Below, piece by piece: positions 23,989-34,326 of a stretch of 64,000 bases of DNA. This stretch comes from Haliotis rubra (lineage: Eukaryota), in NCBI RefSeq assembly GCF_003918875.1, contig NW_025766998.1, positions 806,001-870,000 of the forward strand, given 5' to 3'. Each line of letters starts with the position of its first letter. Position 1 is the first letter of the stretch. The notes beneath the pieces are model-generated. The model saw only the letters and a list, made by a program, of their open reading frames with translations. It made no database searches and had not been told where the DNA came from. Made by a program: the position numbers and the translations under genes.

Positions 23989-25192
23989 AATAATTTGAAT
24001 TTAAATGCAAATGGTCCAAATCAAGGGTCCAAATCACGGTGTAAGGGACGCACTGGCGGCCCAAACGTCTGAGACCAGGCGCGTAGCAAGCCAGTTTGTT
24101 CGTGTATGCCCGATAGGTTGGAAAGCTTTATATTTAGATAGTATTGAGGGCTTGCCCAGCATTTAGCAGCAATCATGTGTAAGCCCGGGCTTTTTTAATA
24201 TAATGGTAGCTACTCCCCTAGACTGACGTTTAGTTCCTGAATACATATAATTTTGATTGTAACAAATAAACCATTTAAATTGAAAAGGAACCCCAGTGAG
24301 ACCAGAGCCTGAACCTGAGGAAATCTAGACTTGCTTCATTTAGGGCTTCAGCACTGCAGGGAGGGCTAGGCAGTAGGGAAAATAATGTGGTTCAGGGACT
24401 GTGAGACAGACTACTACGCCCCTGGAGGCGCTGCATTTCGACTTGTACAGTTGCGACCCGTTCTGAATAACGTCGTGGATCCGTTTCAGGTTCCGTCTGA
24501 TTATGACCTTTGGTTTGTCAGCATCCTGCTCGTGATGTTAACACACGTGATTAACGTCTCTCACCAACATCACTTCTTACTGTCCACCTTTCATCCCCTG
24601 AAAAACCTTGCATAATGTCTAATACCGACCAACTCTCGTGAGTCCCCTTTTTTCTTTGGTAGAGGTGTTTTGTATTTGGTGGAAGCTCAGTGCCAATGGT
24701 AAGAGATTGAGTAAGGTTATACGACTCTCCTAGCATTAGTCTATCAATATTACCGCAGTGTACATCAGACATGGGATTCACGCATTGTAACCTCGAACTC
24801 AGGAATCGAAGGTTGGTCCGGTCAGCCATTTGCAGTTGAGTTACGTCTCCAAATGATCGTGAGTTCGAATGCAAAACTTGTCTTCATTGTGTTTCTTTCT
24901 TACTTTTAAGTGATATTTTTCTGAGTCCGTGTAAGAGAAACTGGTCAGCCGCCCAGCATCGTGCCTGTAAAAATAAAACGTATTGAACTTCATCAGATTG
25001 TCCTCATGGTAACTGCATATGTTTACACACACATACGCACACACACAGATTCAGATTTCTGTACCGAGTTGTAGAGGGCTGAACTTATTAAGAGGAACCT
25101 ACTGTTAAGTGTCAGCAAGGAGATTCAGTATTCAAGTTCAACTTGACAGTGTTTTAGGTTTGCCGGCAGAATACCTGCGCTTGTGGGTTTTA

Positions 25193-25340
25193 GGGGTGCT
25201 GGGGGTAGTCTGGTGGTTAAAACGTCCGCTCTACACGGCGAACACCCGGGTTGTATTCCCCTCATGGGTGCAATGTGTGAAACCCATGTCTGGTGTCCCC
25301 GGTGGTGATATTGCTAAAAGCGGCGTAAGACCAAACTCAC
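25193..25340 (+). mobile_element. SINE family A, diverged
   Basis: GGGGTAGTCTGGTGGTTAAA..CAATGTGTGAAACCCAT..GCTAAAAGCGGCGTAA. Confidence 0.75.
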
Positions 25341-25439
25341 CGAGTCGTGGTAAACATCTCCATCCTGCTTCTCCCCTAGCTGTCTGCCCCACCAAGCTGA
25401 CTCGTCGTCACACAGCTAAAGTTCTGTATATTTAATATC

Positions 25440-26124
25440 TAATGCATTTATAAAATGAAATATTGTTGTTATTTTGTATTTTGCTATCTGGTAAGCTGCT
25501 GTCTTGTATATTATGTAAACGTATACAGTATACGCTTATCTCATGTACCGCCGTTGGCGGCTTCTAGAGCATGAAGAGTTTGAGTTTGAGTTAGAAGTAA
25601 AATCTCAGTGAGCTAATCCCTCTCACTCACTCAGTCTCACTAGAAGATAAAGAATACGTTTACATATTCATTCACCCGTGAAGATGAGCGTTACAATCGG
25701 TCTTCAATAACCAATGCTTGTTGTAAGAAACGACTAACAGGCTCGCTGATCTGGTCGCCACATGTCATCTGTATATCCCAATTGTAATGCATTTAAAAAT
25801 GAAATATTGTTGTTATTTTGTATTTTGCTATCTGGTAAGCTGCTGTCTTGTATATTATGTAAACGTATACAGTATACGCTTATCTCATGTACCGCCGTTG
25901 GCGGCTTCTAGAGCATGAAGAGTTTGAGTTAGAGTTAGAAGTAAAATGAAACTAATCCCACTCACTCACTAGAAGATAAAGAATACCTTTACATAATCAT
26001 TCACCCGTGAAGATCCGGGTTACAATCGGTCTTCAATAACCAATGCTTGTTGTAAGAAACGACTAACAGGATCGGGTGGTCAGGCTCGCTGATCTGGTTG
26101 CCACATGTCATCGTATCCCAATTG
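25440..26124. repeat. Tandem duplication (~345 bp x2) including the 5' half of a family B SINE
   Basis: 25440-25784 and 25785-26124 both start TAATGCATTTA and end CCCAATTG, and are near identical. Confidence 0.9.
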
Positions 26125-26499
26125 TGTACATCGATGTTCATGTTGTTGATCACTGGATTCACAGCCTGTTACATTTACCCCATAATTCTTTCTTTCCTCG
26201 GAAATTTCTTGATGTTGGGAGTGCTCTTTTTGTCTAAACCTGTGTCCATGCATGGCTAAATCTGGAGTTTTGAAAAATAATTATACTTCGTCTACAGTTA
26301 GACGTCATTAAAAAAACATTAATTCACATAAGCGCTCGTTTATGGATGGACAGTAAATACACTGCGGCCATTGTAGAATGGCAAATATATGGTATGTTTA
26401 TATATGGTATAAACTAAGAAAAGTCTGGCCATTTCAGTGTGCAAATTATTTTATAGACAAATTAGGTGTTATGCGAACGTATGCTTCTTTACTCTCAAG

Positions 26500-26815
26500 A
26501 AAACAATGAACCGTTGCGCAGGTGCTCGTTGGGTTATCTCTCTTTGTGAAATAAATTGCCGATGATGGCGCTGCCCAAATATTGTGATACGCAGTTTGTG
26601 ATGACGTATTGAACAGATTCGGGGAAACACTGACCCTTTATCCGTCTGTCAAAATTGTCCACCTAAACCATCATAGTGGAGGCCACGGTGGGTCAAGTAT
26701 TGCAGCTGTATTATTCAGCGATTTTGTTATCAGAAAATACTTAAATATATTCTAGCCATCACGATGTTAATGTGGCAAAGGCCGTGACAAGTGAGCATTT
26801 CTGCCGCCATGTTCC
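26500..26815 (+). promoter_or_regulatory. Probable SIAH promoter / non-coding first exon
   Basis: Local CpG enrichment, TGACGT half-CRE, candidate donor ACG|GTGGGT at 26688 and YY1 consensus GCCGCCATGTT at 26803-26813. The SIAH ATG exon has its own acceptor, so an upstream exon is required. Confidence 0.4.
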
Positions 26816-27540
26816 CGTTCCAATGTTTTCGTTGAGCAATCTCAGATATTTAGGAGAGCATTGTGTTTACATCAATCGAACTTGGCATCTTATCTGATGA
26901 TATTGACAGATATTCTCCAATATGCAGCTCAGCTGATACATTTACAGGCGATAATATTGCGTTGTAAAGCAAAGGTAAACAAAGTGTCAATAGGAAATCC
27001 TAGAATACATCCTATTCCTCATGTTCTCTTGAGTCATTTGTGATTAGCACATATGATTTTAGTTATATCTGATCAGTTACTTCACATTTGTTTTTACTTT
27101 TCTTTGACACACATGTAGTATATCTGTTATGTTACGTTTTGACTAGAAAATGAACTGGTAGTTGTGTGACTGTTCTGATAAAATTTGTTTGTGATCAATA
27201 TAATCTATGTGAGACTCACCTCACGTTGTATCAGTTCCTCATTATAGTGAGTTTCCAAATCATTATGATATAACACTTTTCTTAATCCTTTTCAATCTAC
27301 ATGCATGTATAATGAAGTCTCCTGATAGGAAACTGAAGGTAAGGTATTATCTGTTACATCTACACTTCTGCAGGTCTGAGAAATTGTAAGAGCAGACTCT
27401 TCTTGCTATATGGTTGAAGTTCATACATCTCTGTTGTTATGGATGTTTGATCACACATCTTACCTAAGGGGAACCTATGTTATAAAGATGAAATAGTGTT
27501 TTAGCTGTCAAGCTTCTCACATTGGGCTAGGACAATAAAA

Positions 27541-27797
27541 GTTGTTCACTGGTCACGAGGGGGGCATGGGTTATGGTAAGAGTTCTGCCCATAACCCCTG
27601 CTTGAAATGTATTCTATTTATTAGGATTATTTCGAGCGTTTGGGGTTAGATTTTAGGGTTAGGTTTAGGTTTAGGTACAGGCTGTTTATTAAAAAAACAT
27701 AGGCGTATATTCTTAGGCATATAATGATTAAAAATATACGGGGGTTACGGTCGGAAATCTTTCCCAACCCATGCACCCCGAGGGACCAGTGAACAAC
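27541..27797. mobile_element. Foldback element with ~30-bp TIR and internal TTAGGG/TTTAGG-like repeats
   Basis: GTTGTTCACTGGTC..GGGGCATGGGTT / AACCCATGCACCCC..GACCAGTGAACAAC. Confidence 0.7.
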
Positions 27798-28768
27798 GTA
27801 TTAATCTTACCGAACACCTTAATGTTAATTTTGAATTGTTTGAAGCACGGGTACAAAATCCTTGTGTAGCCATCGCTAGATTTTGCTGACAAGAAAAACA
27901 GATTTAGAGTTATCTCCCTTCCGTCGATTTGCATTCGCAAAACATTGGTAATTTCCGTACATCATTCGTGATTCAATGTTATTCGAGATAAAGAATTACT
28001 ACCAGAATTACAGTACAGAATGAGTTGCCATTGACAGCGGGGTACATTGAAATGTCCCTCGCTTGTAAGCGGGGTACATTGAGAATAATAGAAGAACGCT
28101 CAGCCAATCAGAAAGCGACATTTATGTGTGAGGTAGGATAAGGAAAGATGTGTGGACATGTTCCTGATATGGATATTGTACATTGACACTGTGCTTCTGG
28201 AAGTTGAATTTTGGTATTTCAGACAAAATATGCACATTTGAATATAATGATTAAGGCGTTACATGTTTCATCAAGATATGGAACTAGATTAAATCGTTGA
28301 TGCTTAATGTGAAATGGGAGATTCCATCTTCCATGATTAAACTCTTCTAATGGAATCACGAAGAGCATAGTGAACATAACAGTTTACAACCTAGTCACTT
28401 GACTTGCATGAAATAACTAAAAACTCGGCTTAAATCAACACTCTGAATGGGAGAAGAATTCTAAAGACAGCTTGATATAGATAAATAACCTTTTCAATAC
28501 TTTCCAACTGAAATTCAGTTACTTGTTCCTGTGATATCTGGGTCGCATATTGAGTTATCCATAAAACTGTATGGGGATCTGTATTATGTATGACTACCAA
28601 ACTAATATGGTTTGTAATTAACAGACTTTTTAATCATCATTTGTAGATTTGCATCAAAGGTTCATGGCATTCTTGACATGGGGATCATGTCTGTATTGAT
28701 GTCCTTATGGAAATATAAAAAACAAACAAATAAAACAACTGCAAAAAAATTCTGAAGGAGCCTTAATC

Positions 28769-29035
28769 CAGTGTAGGAAAGATGTAGAAAATCTAGCCTG
28801 TCCACAGGACTGGCAGGTCAAATTATTTACCAGTCCTGCCAAAATCTAGCCTGTCCTCCAAATATAGATAAAACACCTTCGGCAGTAAATATTCAAAAAG
28901 GTTATAATCATTATATATATGTAATTGGTTTGCTAAAATTGACCCGACATGAGGACGGACTAGATATGTTTTTAACCCGTCCTCCACAAAATTCACCCGT
29001 CTCGGACGTTGGGACGGGCTATCTTTCCTACACTG
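28769..29035. mobile_element. MITE with 15-bp TIR and 7-bp TSD
   Basis: CAGTGTAGGAAAGAT / ATCTTTCCTACACTG; CTTAATC at 28762-28768 and 29036-29042. Confidence 0.85.
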
Positions 29036-29448
29036 CTTAATCAATTATAAATTTGACATTTTATTCATACAGTCATCTACAAATAACAAAAGTACAGTTA
29101 TTCTTTTATAAAACTTACATAGATTACAATTTATAGGTATATCAGGCCTCGTTTCGAAATGTTGACTTAGTCTACGTTGTGTAAGCAGGTTGAAGTAATC
29201 TTGTAGTGTTTCTGCACTATTTATCGTGTGATGCACATTGTGATTACTGCCTACAGTGTTGCTGTATCTAGGCTGATTGCTGTGGATGTTGTCATGATTA
29301 TCTAGTAATCATGATTAATATCAAGGCATTGTAACATTTGTGCACCCCTCTTACCCACCAGTATTTAGCTGTAGCTTCTTTAGTTTCTGTTTTGCTTCAT
29401 GATGCTACTTTATGTCATTTGGTTTCTGTGTTCGGCTCATCTTGACGT

Positions 29449-29600
29449 GGGTGGTGGGGTAGCCTAGTGGTTAAAGCTTTGGCTCGTCACGCCGAAGACC
29501 CGGGTTCGATTCCCCACATGGGCACAATGTGTGAAGCCCATTTCTGGTGTACCCCGCCGTGATATTGCTGGAATATTGCTAAAAGAGGCGTAAAACTAAA
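29449..29600 (+). mobile_element. SINE family A, young full-length copy (tRNA-Asp-like head)
   Basis: Head TAGCCTAGTGGTTAAAGC..CTCGTCACGCCGAAGACCCGGGTTCGATTCCCC resembles tRNA-Asp(GTC); perfect 13-bp TSD CTCATCTTGACGT. Confidence 0.92.
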
Positions 29601-30829
29601 CTCATCTTGACGTTGTCAATGTAAAGCATTGCCGTTGGGTTCTTGTCTGTCATCCATCAGTTTCTGGTAGCAAGGGTAAATACTTCTCTGAAAACACCAG
29701 CATAACGTGTTCAGTATATCCCATTCCCAGGATTCAACAGTGACAATAAAATTGTGGCCAAAATGTGTAATTATTTTATCTGACATATTGTTTTAATGTT
29801 ATCAGACTCATCAGATGTGGTTTCATATTAGCTTGGATAGAAATTTATTTGTTAATGTCAAATGTACCCTGAATGTTAGTATAATATCAAACATTTTGGA
29901 GGGTACGCTTTACGTTATCACAATTTGGACTAGTACACTTTCTTGGCTACTTTCTGTCCCTGGTCAGATCCACATTCTTTTCGGTAATGTTCCTTTTTGA
30001 CAAATTCTAGACAAATGTTTTACTTTGATTTGTGGAAAAGTCAGACAACATTGTGTAACAACACCAAAATGATGTTCCTTGTTTGGTTGGATCTGATGGA
30101 TCAGTTCACGCTTCATTTTAGACATGACTTTTCCACACATTGCCACCAAATCTTGGTGAGCTTCTCTACTTTGGTATTCTGATTATTTATGAGTAGTTGA
30201 TTTTTATTCTGATATTTTATGTACAAAACACTGAGTAAATTACTTGTACAAATTATGAAAGTTTGGAAAACTCTGTGTATAAATATATGTGTCACATTAC
30301 CAGGATGTATAGAAAGTTTTGTGGTAACAGAATCATCGACAACATGTATGTGAAGATTACCATATACTGAAGTACTGATATATAGTGTAAGACAGGAAGA
30401 ATACTGTACTATGGATCGTTTGTTTTCATATCCATTTATATCCATTTCATGAGTAACGTGAAACAGTGAACACAAAGTCTAAAACCATGCATCAAGACAG
30501 AATAAGAAGCAGGAAGACGAATACCCTCAAGCCACAGTGGCTGATTCATCTCTGGTGTATGAGTTTAGAGACCTTTGTTGGTTTGTTATGACTGTAGTTT
30601 GGAATAATTTGGTATATTTGTTTTCTTTGGACTTTACTTTGTTATTAATCATTTTTGTATTGTAAGAACATTCAACTCTGATTATGAGGATTCTTCATTC
30701 TCTTCATAAGCAGCATATTATACAAGTCTGTTTATATTTCTTGAATTGGAAGTTTCGTGCGTTATTTACTGCTTTTCCTGACTTTAAGTGTCAATATTGA
30801 CTGATTGCTTTCAGATCGCAGAAACCCTG

Positions 30830-30884
30830 ATGATGAACAGGCAGCCTACGTCCGGAGGGAAAGGACGTGGACTCGCCCCGCCAT
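30830..30884 (+). CDS. SIAH1: SIAH/Sina E3 ligase, first coding exon (MMNRQPTSGGKGRGLAPP)
   Basis: Acceptor TTGCTTTCAG at 30814, ATG 30830, donor GTAAGT; phase 1 fits the next exon; MNRQ recalls SIAH1 MSRQ. Confidence 0.7.
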
Positions 30885-31527
30885 GTAAGTTACATCAGAG
30901 AGAGGTTGTGTTGCCAGAATCGGATGATCCTGATTCAGCAGACTAAGTTTGTCAAACAGCAAAAACCGAACTCACCCGCTTGATCACCATACTCACTCTA
31001 TATAAACCTGATTAGATATATATAGGACACTGACAGTGTTGTGCTTTTAGAGTCCAGCAATGTTAAACAGCTCACATGCTTACTCCCAGTGTTCACCCTT
31101 TGTTAAACTGGATATGAGAAATGTTGAGTGCAAGCAGCTTCATGTACACAGAAACTACTGTCACCCCCCATCTGTTACACCAAACAGTTAACCGGAAGGA
31201 GTGTGCCCTGCAATGTCATCTTAATCTCATCTTAATCTCTTAATTAACAATCATACCACATGATTCAGTCAATACAGGGCAGTGGGTAGCCTAGAGGTGT
31301 AAACGTTTGTTTATCATTCCGAAGACTCGAGGGGGTTGGGGGGCTGGGTTTAGCCGAGTGGTTGAAGGTTCCCTCGCTCACTCCCTCACTCAGCCATTAC
31401 AAAAGTTCTAGGATTGATGAGATTCACTGTAGATGAACATGAATGATGTAACTCTCACCGAATACTGTCACATCACTATCGTGCCTTGGTGATTTTCTAT
31501 CTTATTTCCTCTGCTTATTTTCTTCAG

Positions 31528-31683
31528 TAAATGCCAACAATAACGACCTGGCCAGCTACTTCGAATGCCCTGTCTGCTTCGACTATGCACTCCCTCCCAT
31601 CATGCAATGTCAGAGTGGTCACATCGTGTGCCAGACATGTCGTCAGAAACTGGCTTCTTGTCCAACATGCCGAGGACCTCTTG
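31528..31683 (+). CDS. SIAH1: SIAH RING exon ([39 protein letters not shown])
   Basis: Closely matches the SIAH1/Sina RING; canonical AG/GT boundaries. Confidence 0.96.
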
Positions 31684-32219
31684 GTGAGTATGTCCAGGGA
31701 TTTATCAAGGAGCTTTAACTGAGCACCAGGCCAACTGGGATATACTAAGTTCTAACTGAGGAAAGTTTATCAACTTGCTGCCAACTTGGGGCGAAATACT
31801 GGACTCGTAGCATGCCTGGATAATTCCCTCTCTTAAAGCAGTGATAAGAGATAACATGTTTTATGTTGTTTTAGCACATTACTTATATTGATGTAGCAAT
31901 ACATCGATACTGTATCCCAATGCAAGTCCCAGCTTCAACACCTGTACTACAGTACATCCGATACTTTGCAATGCAAGTTATAGTGTTGCAAGATGTTAAT
32001 TTCAGTACTATCAGATCTAGACGAATGATGATAATTTTATGGATATACAACTTGGATTCTAATGTTGTTGTCAAGGAAGATGAATGTCCATAAAATTACC
32101 ATGATTCTTCATCACCTCAACTTCTAAAATGCCCATGAAAGGAAAGAAAATATCAGAATGGCAAAACTGAACATCACCACCTTATGTACTGCTTCAGGAT
32201 ACAAATTGTTGCAACTATA

Positions 32220-32567
32220 CAGGGATTTACATGGAGTCCTGAATTTGAGGGTCCCTGGGACTCAAACTCTTAATTTTCAGGGGCCCTGGACAACAAAATG
32301 GGGGTCCCAGACACTTAAATATTATCATTAATACTGTTATTGTATTGTGTATCATGATCACTACATTGTTACAGTAATTAAATTGCAAATGATACCATAA
32401 CCCAGCTAGTAGCAAACTCAGTGATAACTTATTGTCACTTGATTGGAATTTTTACAAAATGTATTCGGACCTTTTCTGAGTCCCTGTGGACACTTATAAA
32501 TTTGGTTGTGTCCATTGTCAATTTGTATGCGTATAGGACGCAGGAATTCGCGTCCTGTAAATCCCTG
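32220..32567. mobile_element. MITE with CAGGGATTTACA termini
   Basis: 12-bp TIR CAGGGATTTACA / TGTAAATCCCTG; flanks ACTATA / ACTAAG (partial TSD). Confidence 0.65.
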
Positions 32568-33223
32568 ACTAAGGCATCAGGATACATATCTTATCACCAG
32601 GCCATATTCTTATGTCTAATGATTTATGAGATAATGTTTGAACGACTGTTGAATGATAATCTCAAACGGTTTTCCTGTTTTCTTTTTGTTCTACTCAGTG
32701 AGCAAAACAAGGATAGAATAACTAATGTAAACCAAAATATGTTAATTGTCTGGTCTGGTAATCCATGTGGCTTTTCCTAAACTGGATATTTGCAAAATAC
32801 TTTAATCATATTCAGATATAACTGATATTTGTTTGGTTAGGTATGCATAATAAGCAATACGTAATATTATTCCCTGTGTTATGATTACACAATGCCATTT
32901 AGAAAGTGGTCAAATGTAACATAATTATGGTATATTTGGAATTACACTTTCTCAGTAAAGTACTTAGTACTTTTGTTGGGTTGAGTCCCATCCAGGATTT
33001 GATACGTTATATACCCTATGTTGTTCAAGAGGGGTGATGTCAATTCAGTCAACTGATGATGTGATTTGATTGATTGATTGGTCGGTCGATCGATTGTACT
33101 TGTATATGTATGTTGCTTCTCTGATAAGATGGCAGGTAAATGAGGAGAGGTTATGAATTATTTATATACTCTTCAAGGTGAGTTTACACCCAATTCACTC
33201 ACTCACTCGCTCTATATTTCCAG

Positions 33224-33356
33224 GAAACATCAGGAATCTAGCCATGGAGAAGGTTGCAGCTACAGTGAATTTTCCCTGCAAATATTCCAACAATGGCTGT
33301 TTGATGACGTTGTTACATACAGAAAAGACAGACCATGAAGAAACATGCGAGTTCAG
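33224..33356 (+). CDS. SIAH1: SIAH exon (NIRNLAMEKVA..FPCKY..HEETCEF)
   Basis: Sina zinc finger 1; canonical splice sites, phases consistent. Confidence 0.96.
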
Positions 33357-33640
33357 GTCAGTCAGAATAACACAGATAGAATTAGGTTCTCAAATAAAAA
33401 ATGCATTTAGATTTAGAGGATGAGGATGTTATGACTGATAGGATAGACACCCAACACCTGGTGTTATGTTTTACTTGTTCTGTTGTTTGGATGTTGTTTA
33501 ATGCTGCCCTTGCCATATTCCAGCCATATGATGGTGGCCTGTCATTAATCAAGTGTGGACCACACTATCTAGTGATTGGCACCATGACCATCGGTCTATA
33601 TCAAGTCAGCATGCCAAACCTCCTTGTTCATTTCCAACAG

Positions 33641-33879
33641 CAGGGGTGGAAATAACCCATTGCCCGACGCCCGAGTCCAGTGTTTTTTTCTGTCAGGCTA
33701 GCAAATTTGTATATCACACTGTACCGGTGTCCAGTTGACTTTCCAATATTAATTATGTTGTTTATTTATAAAATCAACAAGAAAACGGCCGGTATAGTGG
33801 AAAAATTATCAGGGCAAGTGATTTTACATGTTCCACTGTACCGGAGTACACTAGCAATTTTAAAGTTATTTCCACCCTG
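33641..33879 (-). mobile_element. MITE family M1
   Basis: Reverse complement of 43507-43747; flanks AACAG / AACAT. Confidence 0.85.
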
Positions 33880-34219
33880 AACATTCATAGGTTGCTGTGA
33901 ACCTGGTGATCGCCAGGGGTTCAAGTGATCATAGGCCTGATTACACCCACTGTGATTATTCTAGGAAGACTACTAGCCCAGTATGAAAACAGAAAACCAT
34001 TGTGGCAGTTTAAAAATATTATTACTGGCAAACTTGAGCATGAAAATCCAAGAGTTGCTATCATTTGCCTTATGGTGATCATTTTAGATTGAAGGGATAC
34101 TTATATTTGAATACTTATTGGGGCAAGCTCTTGGACCCCACCTTAGTTTTGACTGGCGTGTAAGTAGTGAAGCCAACCAGCTGCTGTGTTGTATTGAGTT
34201 ATGCATGTTGTTGATTCAG

Positions 34220-34326
34220 GCCATATACCTGTCCGTGTCCTGGAGCATCGTGCAAGTGGCAGGGTTCCCTGGAGAATGTGATGCCTCACCTCATGCAGTC
34301 TCACAAGAGTATAACCACACTACAGG
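34220..34326 (+). CDS. SIAH1: SIAH exon ([26 protein letters not shown])
   Basis: Sina zinc finger 2; donor CAGG|GTGAGT. Confidence 0.96.

Noticed and set aside
24395-24445. Similarity to the tRNA-Leu variable arm (CCCCTGGAGGCG)
   Set aside because: No A box or cloverleaf could be built; the match is too short.
27339-27373. GTAAGG..CTGCAG mini-intron
   Set aside because: Only 35 nt and not flanked by supportable exons.
29449-29520. tRNA-Asp-like and other tRNA-like sequences (also at 62982)
   Set aside because: They continue into SINE bodies with tails and TSDs and lack a proper acceptor stem and terminator, so they are SINE heads, not tRNA genes.
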